A stretch of 64,000 nucleotides of DNA from Gemmatimonadales bacterium (GTDB lineage Bacteria; Gemmatimonadota; Gemmatimonadetes; Gemmatimonadales; GWC2-71-9), in NCBI GenBank assembly GCA_965249575.1, contig OZ252244.1:2080001-2144000 (forward strand), written 5' to 3'. A model generated the notes under the pieces. That model was not told where the DNA came from. It saw only the letters and a program-made list of their open reading frames with translations, and ran no database searches. This document shows positions 51,717 to 61,520 of this stretch, one piece after another (the first letter of the stretch is position 1; each line of letters starts with the position of its first letter). The position numbers and the translations under genes were made by a program.

Positions 51717-52918
51717 TGGCCGACCGGTCGTACCTTGATTGGCCGTTCTTCGACTCTGGCCACCGGCGTCTCGCTGCCGAGCTGGAAGAGTGGATCGATC
51801 GAGAGATCAGACCGTTGTCCGCTGTCGAACGAGACGTGGACGCCGCGTGCCGGGATCTGGTCAAGCGGTTGGGCGACGGGGGCTGGCTGCGATACGTGGT
51901 TCCATCCGCCCATGGTGGAGCGCACGACGATCTCGACGTCCGATCGATCTGCCTGATCCGCGAAGGACTCGCGCAGGCGTTCGGGCTGGCCGATTTCGCC
52001 TTCGCCATGCAGGGGCTCGGTAGCGGCCCGATCTCGAGCTTCGGCTCCGAGTCACTGAAGCAGAGGTACCTGCCGGAGGTCCGCGCGGGTCGTGCGGTCG
52101 CGGCGTTCGCCATCTCCGAGTCGGGCGCTGGGTCGGACATTGGTGCCATGGAGACTACGGCGCGGCGGGATGGAAACGGGTACTCGCTGGACGGACAGAA
52201 AACCTGGATCTCGAACGCGGGCCTCGCTGATTTCTACGTCGTGTTCTGCCGGCTCCCGGAGAGCGGCAGCAAGCGCTTCGGAGCGTTCGTCGTTGACGCG
52301 GACAATCCGGGGCTCCAAGTAACCGAGCGCATTGAAGTGAGCGCCCCGCACCCCATTGGCACCTTGACGTTCTCGTCTTGCAGGGTTCCGGAGGAGGCAG
52401 CCGTGGGCGACCCGGAGGCCGGCCTCAGAGTGGCGCTTGGCACGCTCGATGTGTTCCGTCCCACCGTGGGGGCGGCGGCGCTCGGCTACGCCCGTCACGC
52501 GTTCGACGAGGCACTGAGTTGGGTCACCACCCGCCGAGTGTTCGGTAACTCTCTCGCCGAGTTCCAGTTGACGCAGTCCAAAATCGCCGACATGGCCGTC
52601 GCGATCGATGCGAGTGCGTTGCTCGTCTACCGGGCAGCCTGGGGCCACGACACGGGCGCGACGGACGTCACGCGCCCCGCGGCGATGGCCAAGCTGCATG
52701 CTACGGAAGCCGCACAGCGGGTGGTCGACGAGGCCGTGCAGCTCCTCGGTGGCCGGGGAGTCGTAGCCGGAGAGCCGGTCGAGCGCCTGTATCGTGAAGT
52801 TCGCGCACTGCGGATCTACGAGGGGACGAGCGAGATTCAGCGAATCATCATCGCGTCCAAGGTGCTCGGGGGGCTCGAAAAGGGCAATCAGGCCACAGGA
52901 GCCGTCAAGCATGTCTAG
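51716..52918 (+). CDS. Acyl-CoA dehydrogenase
   Basis: [30 protein letters not shown]. Confidence 0.93.
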   Translation: MADRSYLDWPFFDSGHRRLAAELEEWIDREIRPLSAVERDVDAACRDLVKRLGDGGWLRYVVPSAHGGAHDDLDVRSICLIREGLAQAFGLADFAFAMQGLGSGPISSFGSESLKQRYLPEVRAGRAVAAFAISESGAGSDIGAMETTARRDGNGYSLDGQKTWISNAGLADFYVVFCRLPESGSKRFGAFVVDADNPGLQVTERIEVSAPHPIGTLTFSSCRVPEEAAVGDPEAGLRVALGTLDVFRPTVGAAALGYARHAFDEALSWVTTRRVFGNSLAEFQLTQSKIADMAVAIDASALLVYRAAWGHDTGATDVTRPAAMAKLHATEAAQRVVDEAVQLLGGRGVVAGEPVERLYREVRALRIYEGTSEIQRIIIASKVLGGLEKGNQATGAVKHV

Positions 52919-54578
52919 CTCTGCGAATCGCCCCGGACGATCCCAGGCCCATCACGGATCCAGCGCACATGTTGACACGTTCACGAGGGACAACCTGCCG
53001 CCGCACGATCTCTGGCCGGTCCTGGACTACTCACTTCGTCCGGAGCTGGCCTATCCGGAGCGGCTGAACTGCGCTGCCGAGTTGCTCGATAAGGCGGTGG
53101 GGAAGGGAATGGGGGATCGTCCCGTCTTCCGCCGGAAGATGGACGATTGGACGTACGGCCGACTCCTCGAGGAAGCGAATCGCATCGCCCACGTGCTCGT
53201 CGAGGATCTCGGTGTCGTGCCGGGCAGCCGCGTGCTCCTCAGGGGCCCCAACAATCCAATCATGGTGGCGAGCTGGTTCGCCGTTTTGAAGGCGGGTGGC
53301 GTGTGCGTCAGCACGATGCCGCTGCTGCGAGCCCGTGAGCTCACGTACGTAGCCGACAAGGCGCGTGTCGAGCTCGCACTCTGCGATGCGCGGCTGGTAG
53401 AGGAATGCAGCGAGGCGTCTGACCGGACCCAGTTCCTCTCCCGGCTGGTGCAGTTTGGCAGCGGGGAGGCGGGCTCGCTCGAGGTGCTCGCGCGGCAGAA
53501 GGGGGCCGACTTCTCGACTGTCGATACGGCCGCCGATGACACGGCGATCATCGCCTTCACGTCGGGGACGACCGGCCGGTCAAAGGGCACCGTGCACTTC
53601 CATCGCGATATGATGGCCGCGTGCGACTGCTTCCCACCCTACGCGGTGCGCGCGCAGCCCGACGATGTATTTTGCGGCTCGCCTCCGCTTGCCTTCACGT
53701 TCGGGCTAGGCGGCCTGGTCTTGTTTCCCATGCGCATCGGCGCGTCCAGCGTCTTGCTCGAACAGGCGTCTCCCCCCAACCTGCTGCAGGGGATTCAGGA
53801 TCATCGGGCCACGGTCTGCTTTACGGCGCCGACCGCCTATCGGGCCATGCTCGGCATGCTCGGAGACTACGACGTCTTGAGCCTGAAGATCTGTGTGTCC
53901 GCCGGCGAAACCCTCCCCCTCGCAACGTTCCGAGCATGGGAGGAAGCAACCGGCCTTCAGATCATCGACGGGATCGGCGCCACCGAGTTGCTGCACATCT
54001 TCATCAGCGCGGGTGGTGAGGAAATCCGCCCCGGCTCGACGGGAAAGGTGGTACCAGGCTACCGGGCCAAGATCGTCGATGACGGCGGGAACGACGTTCC
54101 GCCGGGGACGGTCGGGAGACTGGCGGTCCAAGGCCCGACCGGGTGCCGTTACTTGGACGATGTCGACCGGCAGCAGGCCTACGTCGGGAACGGCTGGAAC
54201 TTTCCGGGTGATTCGTTCAGGATGGATGAGGACGGGTACTTCTGGTATCAGTCGCGTACCGACGACATGATCGTGTCGTCGGGTTACTCGCTGTCTGGGC
54301 CGGAAGTCGAGAACGTCATCCTCGAGCATCCGGACGTCGCGGAATGCGGAGTGGTCGGTGTCCCGGACCAAGAGCGCGGACAGGTCGTGAAAGCGTTCGT
54401 GGTGCTGCGGGAGGGAGTAGAAGCCGGTCCGGCGAAAGCCGAGGAGCTGCAGAATTTCGTCAAAGCCGAGATCGCACCGTACAAGTACCCGCGGCGGGTG
54501 GAATTCGTGAAGAGCCTACCACGTACGGAAACGGGGAAGCTCCAGCGCTTCCGCCTTAGGGAACAGGGGACGGGGTAA
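52911..54578 (+). CDS. abmG: 2-aminobenzoate-CoA ligase (benzoate-CoA ligase family)
   Basis: SAHVDTF.RDNLPP, FTSGTTG..KG, SAGE, DGIGATE, TETGK; cluster context. Confidence 0.88.
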   Translation: MSSSANRPGRSQAHHGSSAHVDTFTRDNLPPHDLWPVLDYSLRPELAYPERLNCAAELLDKAVGKGMGDRPVFRRKMDDWTYGRLLEEANRIAHVLVEDLGVVPGSRVLLRGPNNPIMVASWFAVLKAGGVCVSTMPLLRARELTYVADKARVELALCDARLVEECSEASDRTQFLSRLVQFGSGEAGSLEVLARQKGADFSTVDTAADDTAIIAFTSGTTGRSKGTVHFHRDMMAACDCFPPYAVRAQPDDVFCGSPPLAFTFGLGGLVLFPMRIGASSVLLEQASPPNLLQGIQDHRATVCFTAPTAYRAMLGMLGDYDVLSLKICVSAGETLPLATFRAWEEATGLQIIDGIGATELLHIFISAGGEEIRPGSTGKVVPGYRAKIVDDGGNDVPPGTVGRLAVQGPTGCRYLDDVDRQQAYVGNGWNFPGDSFRMDEDGYFWYQSRTDDMIVSSGYSLSGPEVENVILEHPDVAECGVVGVPDQERGQVVKAFVVLREGVEAGPAKAEELQNFVKAEIAPYKYPRRVEFVKSLPRTETGKLQRFRLREQGTG

Positions 54579-54973
54579 TGCAGTTGCTCCAGCCCGACGG
54601 TTGGGCGCGGCCAAAGGGCTACTCCAACGGTGTGTCCGCGCGAGGCCGAGCGGTTTTTGTAGCCGGCCAGGTCGGTTGGAACCCACGAACTGGCCAGATC
54701 GAGACGGACGACTTTGTCGGCCAGGTTCGGCAGACGCTGGAAAACATCGTGACGGTACTCGAGGCCGGGGGCGCCACCCCGCAAGACGTCGTTCGCCTTA
54801 CCTGGTTCGTCACCGACAGGAAGGCATATCTCGCGTCGCAAGGCGAGATCGGTAAAGCGTATCGCAATTCGTTCGGCAAGCACTTCCCACCGATGTCGGT
54901 GGTCGTCGTCGCTGGGCTGCTCGAGGAGGGAGCGAAGGTCGAGATCGAGGCAACCGCCGTGGTAGAGGACTGA
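54578..54973 (+). CDS. RidA family protein of the aminobenzoate cluster
   Basis: PKGYSNG, AGQVGW, FPPMS, VEIEA. Confidence 0.9.
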   Translation: MQLLQPDGWARPKGYSNGVSARGRAVFVAGQVGWNPRTGQIETDDFVGQVRQTLENIVTVLEAGGATPQDVVRLTWFVTDRKAYLASQGEIGKAYRNSFGKHFPPMSVVVVAGLLEEGAKVEIEATAVVED

Positions 54974-54976
54974 CGG

Positions 54977-55615
54977 CTATTCGCCGAGCTTCCTGAGGAT
55001 CGCCCGGACGGGACTCGCGTCGAACCCCGCCAGCTTGAGTGGAAGTGCGATCAACTCGTACACCCCCTCTAGAACGCCGTCCAATACGAGACCCTCGAGA
55101 ATGGATACGCTCTTCTCGAGGCATGCCGCGTGTGCTGGGAGATCCTTCGAGTCGAAGAGGTCCACGCTCGGCGTGTCGATCCCGACGAGCGTAGCTCCCT
55201 GCGCCGCCAACGATCCAATCAGCTCCGGCGACAGCGCTGCAAAATCTTCGTTGAATCGCGACGGATCCGGGTAGGTACCGGTCGCGAAGAGAACGCGCTC
55301 CGCCTCGAGACCGCCAGTCAGCGCGTCGGGCCCGATGCGCGTGCCCCGCACGGCATCGATGCGAATGACGTGGCAGTCACCAATGTACGGCTCCAGGCGC
55401 TGAGCCTCTATGGATGCGGCGTCGATACCGTAGTGGCTCGGGGCGTCCGCGTGGGCCCCAACGTGCATCGTCGATCGTAGAGTCGACAACGTGAGGTTGT
55501 CACCCCGCTTCAGGTCGAGAAGCACATCCCGTGTCGGCGGCGTGTCTCCGGGCCACACCGCGATCGAGGCGGAGACCGGCGGGGTGATGTCGTGGATCAC
55601 CCATTTCGCGCTCAC
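54977..55615 (-). CDS. kynB: Kynurenine formamidase (cyclase family)
   Basis: VWPGD, HVGAHADAP, GIDTPSVD, LPLK..G.DASPVRA; GTGA overlap with kynA stop. Confidence 0.92.
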   Translation of the reverse strand: MSAKWVIHDITPPVSASIAVWPGDTPPTRDVLLDLKRGDNLTLSTLRSTMHVGAHADAPSHYGIDAASIEAQRLEPYIGDCHVIRIDAVRGTRIGPDALTGGLEAERVLFATGTYPDPSRFNEDFAALSPELIGSLAAQGATLVGIDTPSVDLFDSKDLPAHAACLEKSVSILEGLVLDGVLEGVYELIALPLKLAGFDASPVRAILRKLGE

Positions 55616-56424
55616 AGTTTGTGACGGATGGCCCAGAGATCGGGGAAGAACGGATTGAAGAGCGACCGCTTCAAGAACTCGACCCCTGGCGATCCGCCGG
55701 TGCCGCGTTTCCTGCCAATCGTCCGCTCTACCATCTTGACGTGGCGGTAGCGCCACTCCTGCTGTCCTTCGTCGAAATCCATCATCAGTTCGAGCAGTAT
55801 GCCCACGTCGGGCTGTTCCCGGTATAGATCGACGAGACCCTCCTGCACTCCATCGTTCGGCGTGCAAGCCGCACGTACATCCCGATCCTTCACGGCTCTC
55901 GGGATGTCCACACCTCGATGCTCCAGAAACTCGTACCAGTGATCGATCACCGAGGGTTCGCCCAGCCGGCGCTCCAGGCGATTGTGAGCGGTGGGCTCGG
56001 CATCGTAATACGACAGCATTTCCGGTCGCTTGTACCCGAGGACGAACTCTAGTTCCCGAAACTGCCAGGACTGGAAACCGGACGCCGATTCCAGCCGGTC
56101 ACGAAACGTCAAGAAGGACATGGGCGTCATTGTTTCGAGGACGTCGAGCTGAGCGACGAGCGTTTTCATGACCATGCGAAGGCGCTTGAACGTGGCTATG
56201 GCCCCGAAAAGGTCGTCGTTCGAAAAGTCCCTCTTCACCTTGTCGATCTCGTGCAGCAGCAGCTTGAACCAAAGTTCGTAGACCTGGTGAATGATGATGA
56301 ATAGCGTTTCGTCGTGCTCCGGAGGGTCGGTGGCAACCTCCTGGAGCATTAAGAGCTGGTCGAGCTTGAGATAACCCCCGTAAGTCACGTTACCGTCCTG
56401 AGGACCGTTGCTACGCCCGCTCAT
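55612..56424 (-). CDS. kynA: Tryptophan 2,3-dioxygenase
   Basis: YLKLDQLL, HDETLFIIIHQVYELWFK, ASGFQS.QFR, WRYRH, GTGGS. Confidence 0.96.
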   Translation of the reverse strand: MSGRSNGPQDGNVTYGGYLKLDQLLMLQEVATDPPEHDETLFIIIHQVYELWFKLLLHEIDKVKRDFSNDDLFGAIATFKRLRMVMKTLVAQLDVLETMTPMSFLTFRDRLESASGFQSWQFRELEFVLGYKRPEMLSYYDAEPTAHNRLERRLGEPSVIDHWYEFLEHRGVDIPRAVKDRDVRAACTPNDGVQEGLVDLYREQPDVGILLELMMDFDEGQQEWRYRHVKMVERTIGRKRGTGGSPGVEFLKRSLFNPFFPDLWAIRHKL

Positions 56425-57404
56425 ACGTTCCTGCGTTCCGTGGGCCCGCTCCGCCGCGCGAGCATCTTCTCGGACAGCAGCGGTCCGCGGCCGGGCTCGC
56501 TCCAGGGGCAGACCTCGATGCAGATGGCACAGCCGAGTGTCTTGATAAAGTAGGGCAGGCACTTGTCGAAGTTCACGTACCACTTGTCTTCTCCACGTAC
56601 GAGCTGCTTGTCCGAGAAGATCGCATCAGGGGGACAATCCAGGACGCAGCGTTGACAGCTCAGACACAAGTCGTCGACGCCGATGTCCACGGGTTGGTCG
56701 ATGGCGAGCGGGAGATCGGTGAGCACGGCACCCAGACGGAAATTTGAGCCATAGGCCGCGCTGATTAGCGATCCATGTTTCCCAAGCTGCCCGAGGCCCG
56801 CCCGAATCGCGAGCGGAATGTGCAGAATCTCCGTGCTGTTGGGGTTCCCGAAGGCTTTGGCCGGCCACCCCATTGCGCGAATGCGCTCGCCCAACTCGAT
56901 CGCGATTCGAGAGACCTCCCTATAGGTGCGCATGACTTCGACGGCGGCTCGCGACTGCGGAACGAACTGCATTTCCTCTCGATCCATCTGTAGGCCAATG
57001 CAGATGGCGTAATGGTACGGAACGCTGACCCCATCGTACAGGTCGGCGTCGGTGACCTGCGTGATTCCCACCAGACCCGCTCCGAGCTCCTCGGCCACTT
57101 TCTTGATCCGCTCCGCCATTCGGTCGGGGTCGCGCACCTCCATTCGTGTTGATGCAACCGGGCCGGTCCGCCGTCTGAGCTGCCAGGCATTGGCGACCAT
57201 GTGTTTGACGACCGACCACGGATTGATGTAGCCGAAGAACTCGTCAGCCGCGTCCCACGGCAGGCTCTCGCCAGACGCGTTGTGGAACACCCGCCGGGCG
57301 CGCCGGCGCTCGGTTTCGCCGAGTCCGTTGACGTCGTTTCCGGACCTCGGCTGGGCTCGGTATCCGAAGGCGTAGTTCGGTGGGGGTGGATCGCTCGGTC
57401 TCAC
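56421..57404 (-). CDS. Reductive-dehalogenase-like (RdhA/QueG superfamily) 2x[4Fe-4S] protein
   Basis: LGA.LVGIT, AGLGQLGKHG.LI...YG..FRL..VLTDLPL, CLSCQRCVLDCP, KC..GCAICIEVCPW. No TAT signal. ATGA overlap with kynA. Confidence 0.82.
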   Translation of the reverse strand: MRPSDPPPPNYAFGYRAQPRSGNDVNGLGETERRRARRVFHNASGESLPWDAADEFFGYINPWSVVKHMVANAWQLRRRTGPVASTRMEVRDPDRMAERIKKVAEELGAGLVGITQVTDADLYDGVSVPYHYAICIGLQMDREEMQFVPQSRAAVEVMRTYREVSRIAIELGERIRAMGWPAKAFGNPNSTEILHIPLAIRAGLGQLGKHGSLISAAYGSNFRLGAVLTDLPLAIDQPVDIGVDDLCLSCQRCVLDCPPDAIFSDKQLVRGEDKWYVNFDKCLPYFIKTLGCAICIEVCPWSEPGRGPLLSEKMLARRSGPTERRNV

Positions 57405-57595
57405 GCGCTGCCCTGCTCGTCGAGCCAGTACATGTCTCCCTTTGACTCCCGGTCCCGGTAGGAACGGCGCACACGCGTACCGACCGTCCAATAGTCCAGA
57501 ACCATGGAGGCCAGACGAAGCAGCAGCCGTCCGTTCCTGGCCAGCGCTGCCAAGAAACTCACGTTCGACACCGAGTTCTGGTCGATAGTTCGCAT
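57401..57595 (-). CDS. Small hypothetical protein (64 aa) coupled to the RdhA-like gene
   Basis: ATG at 57595; its TGA overlaps the GTG start of the downstream gene (GTGA). Confidence 0.55.
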   Translation of the reverse strand: MRTIDQNSVSNVSFLAALARNGRLLLRLASMVLDYWTVGTRVRRSYRDRESKGDMYWLDEQGSA

Positions 57596-57732
57596 GGACC
57601 GCCGCCGGCCAGGTGGTGAAAAACGCGCCGCTGTCGCCCCTACTAACGGGGCACGGGAACGCAGGGCGACCAACCGCAGGAATATACGACAGCGCTCCGG
57701 GGTCCGTGCCACGGTGTCGTCCTGGTACGGCC

Positions 57733-57774
57733 TTGACTTAGGTCCGTACAATTCTAATATTAGGCTAGTCTAAT
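57733..57774 (+). promoter_or_regulatory. Sigma70-like promoter overlapped by a DtxR/MntR-family box
   Basis: TTGACT-N16-TAATAT; near-palindrome ATTAGGCTAGTCTAAT at 57759-57774. Confidence 0.7.
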
Positions 57775-57794
57775 TAACGTGCGAGGTAAGCCTC

Positions 57795-58892
57795 TTGATG
57801 AGTAGTGCGTCGCTGTGGGAAAAGGCGGTGTTGCCGACCGCACATCGGGCTCGACGTGGGAGTTCCGCGATCGTCCTGTGCGTGGTCAGTCTCGGGTGCT
57901 CCGAACTGTTCACCTCCCTTCCCGACGACGCCGACCTACTGGATGCACCGCTACCAGGTCTTTCCCCCGAGGAGGGGCGAGCGTTTGCCAGGGGCGATGC
58001 GCAGTTTGAGCGAGCCTTCGCCCCGAACGATGGGCTGGGCCCGATTTTCAACAACGTAGCGTGTTCCGGTTGCCACCCGGGTGACGGGAGAGGACGTCCG
58101 GAGAATGCCCTGGTGCGCTTTGGGGAGCCCCCGGACCTTGCCGCTGCCGCAGGCGGCCCCCAACTCCAGGACCGCGCCTTACCAGGAGCGGTTCCCGAAC
58201 GTCTGTCGGTTGGGATCCCATTTTCGGTGCGCCTGCCTCCACCCGTTTTTGGTGTTGGGCTCATCGAGGCGATACCGGAGTCGGCCATCCTGGCGCTCGT
58301 GGACTCCCTCGATGTAAACCGTGACAGCATATCAGGCCGCCCGAACTGGGTGAGGCCGCCCCCTTGGATTCCGTCCACTGAGCCGGGCGGGGCGCCGGGG
58401 CTTCGTGTCGGACGGTTCTCCCGGAAAGCACAGGTCAGCACCCTGTTGCAGCAGGTCGTCGAGGCCTACCACCAGGACATGGGGATTACGTCGGAGTTTC
58501 TTCCGGTCGAAAACGTCAACCCTCGAGCGGGCGTGAGGACGGAATCGGCCGATGTGGTCGATGATCCGGAAATCCCGACGGCCGATCTCATGGCCGTGAT
58601 CGATTACATCCGGATGCTAGCACCACCCGCCCCGGGGGCCGAGACGGAGGAAGTCCTGAGGGGCCAGAGCTCGTTCAGCGGCGTCGGTTGTGCGGGGTGC
58701 CATGTTCCCGAGCTTCGCACCGGCCCACACGCGATCGCGGCTCTATCGAACCAGCCAGTCCAACTCTATTCCGACTTGCTGCTGCACGACATGGGCGACG
58801 CCCTGGCCGACAACCGGGTGGACCGTAGCGCCACCGGCAAGGAATGGCGGACCGCTCCGTTGTGGGGACTGCGGGTCATGAGCGACTTCCTT
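57795..58892 (+). CDS. Di-heme oxidoreductase (DHOR) family protein, C-terminus lost
   Basis: GLGPIFN..ACSGCH, P.VFG.GLIEAI, GRF..KA, CAGCH, YSDLLLHDMG, WRTAPLWG. The expected HDGRA tail is absent; the ORF runs on out of frame to 59231. Confidence 0.85.
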
Positions 58893-58893
58893 C

Positions 58894-59568
58894 GGTGCGT
58901 TCGGGTTGTTCGGGATTGGCGATGGAGCGGCCAGGATCACGTACGAGCTGTATGCCGTCAACGGATTCGGCGAGGGCCTCGTTGCGGATTCTCCCGACGG
59001 CACCCGCATCGCGAACGGACGGCAAAACTTCGAGGATGCCAACGCGTCGCCGGCGGTTGTGGGCCGCGTGACCTACAGTCCCAGGGCCGGGTGGGAGCTC
59101 GGCCTGTCGTCTCACCACGGGGCTTACAACGTCTTCAAGTCAGAGGGGCAGGCCCTCGAGGACCGGAGGGACATTCACATCTGGGTGCTGGATTTCGAGG
59201 CGGAACCAGTCGGGCTTCGGGTGAGCGGTGAGCTGGCGACCGTATCTGTCGATATCCCTCCCGGGTTGATTGGTATCTACGCGTCAGGTCAGCGAGGATT
59301 CTACGTCGAGGCCTTGCGCGATTTCGGTCGTGGATGGGTCCCGACGATGACGACCTCGTACTTCTCAGCTGGCGCCCGCCTGGACGTCGTCGATTTCGAT
59401 ACGAGTGTCGAGGGCGATACCGGCAGGCGATTGACTGGCGGGCTCAACTTCCGGCCGACCCAGGACACCGTTCTGAACCTGAACTACTTTCGCGGGTGGG
59501 ATTACGACCGCGCCAACAACCGCGCCGACTCCGCTGGGATCCTCTTCTCCGTCGCGACTTACTTCTAG
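58894..59568 (+). pseudogene. C-terminal part of an outer-membrane porin (OprO/P-like), N-terminus missing
   Basis: YELYAVNG, GFYVE, LTGGLNFRP..DTV..LNY; terminal SVATYF beta-signal; no signal peptide. Confidence 0.7.
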
Positions 59569-59620
59569 AAAACCGGCTCTCCTGTCCCCCCCATTGGGGG
59601 CACAAGTCATTTCCCCGCGG

Positions 59621-59662
59621 TTGATTCAGGCATGCCAAATCAATAGATTAGACGAGGCTAAT
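59621..59662 (+). promoter_or_regulatory. Promoter with DtxR/MntR/TroR-like boxes upstream of the metal ABC operon
   Basis: TTGATT-N17-TAGATT; ATTAGACGAGGCTAAT (59647-59662) matches the reverse complement of the 57759 box at 14/16; second inverted repeat at 59621-59643. Confidence 0.72.
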
Positions 59663-59755
59663 ATCACCTTCGTCGACCGAGCCGAGGTTCCCGAGTGAGA
59701 TCGACCGGCCAACGCGCTAAACGGCATCCCGACCGCAGTCGGCTGTCAGGACGGA

Positions 59756-60690
59756 TGCCCGGGACCCATTCCTTGGCGAGCGTCGCCTCGTTGGCGCTCA
59801 TCGTTGCGGCGTGCGCTACCGGCGAGCGGCAGAACGACGGGAGGCTGGCGGTCGCGGCCACGATCGGGATGATAGCGGATATCGTCGAGCGCGTCGGCGG
59901 GGACCGGGTCCGAGTCAAAGGCCTCATGGGTCCAGGCGTCGATCCTCATCTCTACAAGGCCCGGGCGGGAGATGTACGGACGCTCTCGGAGGCGGACGTC
60001 ATTTTTTACAACGGTCTCCACCTCGAGGCCGCGATGGCCGAGCTGCTCGAGGAAATGGGCGATCGCAAGCGGACGAAAGCCGTGACCGATGGGATCGATC
60101 GCGGCTTGCTACTGGCACCTCCCGAGTTCGCCGGAGCCTACGATCCCCACGTGTGGTTCGACGTCACGCTCTGGATGCGTGCGGTGGAAGCCGTGGCGGA
60201 CGAGCTCGCCGGGCTCGACCCGGCCGGCGTCGACGGCTACACCTCGCGCAGAGACACTTACCTGGAGGAGCTGGTCGATCTGGACGCCTGGGTTCGGAGC
60301 CGTACCCAGGAGGTTCCTGAGGCTCAGCGCGTTCTCATCACCGCGCATGACGCGTTCAACTATTTCGGCAGGGCATATGGATTCGAGGTGAAAGGCCTCC
60401 AGGGGATTAGCACCGCGTCAGAGGCCGGGACAGCGGACGTCCAGCGGCTGGTGGCGTTCATTCTCGAGCGTGGCGTACCCGCCCTGTTCGTCGAGACGTC
60501 CGTTCCCAGGCGAACCATCGAGGCCGTTCAGGCGGCGGTACGGTCGCGGGGGGCTGCGGTAGAAATCGGGGGTGCCCTGTTTTCCGACGCTATGGGGGAT
60601 GCGGGCACCCGGGAAGGAAGCTATGTCGGCATGGTGCGTTACAACGTGAACATGATCGTCGACGCCTTGCTCGGTAGAGGTGGAGAATGA
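59756..60690 (+). CDS. troA: Mn/Zn/Fe ABC transporter substrate-binding lipoprotein (TroA/MntA-like)
   Basis: IVAAC lipobox; GVDPHLY, DPHVW, TAHDAF, FSD. Confidence 0.92.
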
Positions 60691-61511
60691 CCGGGGGTGT
60701 CCCGGCGATCGAAGTCAACGACCTGACCGTCGCCTACCATGAGCACCCCGTGCTGTGGGATGTCGACCTCACGGTTCCGGCTGGCGTGCTCATGGCGATC
60801 ATTGGTCCGAACGGCGCCGGGAAGACTACGCTCATCAAAGCCATTCTCGGCATGGTCAGGACCGCGGCGGGACAGCTTCTAGTTCACGGAAAACCCTACC
60901 GGGAGCAGCTTCGGCTCGTCGCTTACGTTCCACAACGCGGCACGGTCGACTGGGATTTCCCGACTTCGGTTCTCGACGTGGTGATGATGGGCCGGTATGG
61001 AGCGCTGGGGTGGATTCGAAGGCCTGGCCGGAGGGAGCGGGAGCAGGCGATGGCGGCTCTCGAGAAGGTCGGTATGGACTCACTCGCGGCGCGGCAGATC
61101 AGCCAGCTGTCCGGGGGCCAGCAGCAACGAGTCTTTCTCGCGCGCGCTTTGGTACAGGATGCCCGCGTCTACCTGATGGACGAGCCGTTTCAGGGCGTCG
61201 ACGCAAAGACGGAACGAGCCATCGTGGGGGTGCTGCAGGATCTGAGGGCGGCTGGGAACACCGTGGTCACCGTGCATCACGCACTGCAAACGGTCTCGGA
61301 GTATTTCGACTGGGTGGCGCTCCTCAATGTGCGGCTGATTGCAAGCGGCCCCGTGCTGCAGGTGTTTACGGAAGAGAACCTCCGTCTGGCCTACGGTGGA
61401 CGTGTCCCGTTCGTGCCAGGAAACGGGGAGCCTGGGGGCGCGCGGCCGGCAGGCGCCGAGAGCGCCGCCGCGCTCTCGAGCGGAGATCGCGGGCTGGAGC
61501 AAGAAGGCTAA
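60687..61511 (+). CDS. troB: Metal ABC transporter ATP-binding protein
   Basis: [31 protein letters not shown]. Confidence 0.93.
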   Translation: MTGGVPAIEVNDLTVAYHEHPVLWDVDLTVPAGVLMAIIGPNGAGKTTLIKAILGMVRTAAGQLLVHGKPYREQLRLVAYVPQRGTVDWDFPTSVLDVVMMGRYGALGWIRRPGRREREQAMAALEKVGMDSLAARQISQLSGGQQQRVFLARALVQDARVYLMDEPFQGVDAKTERAIVGVLQDLRAAGNTVVTVHHALQTVSEYFDWVALLNVRLIASGPVLQVFTEENLRLAYGGRVPFVPGNGEPGGARPAGAESAAALSSGDRGLEQEG

Positions 61512-61520
61512 GGCCGGTCC

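Noticed and set aside
56421..57404. Epoxyqueuosine reductase QueG call
   Set aside because: The QueG-typical RYA.G.DYH region was not seen and the N-terminus and context differ; kept as RdhA-like, not proven.
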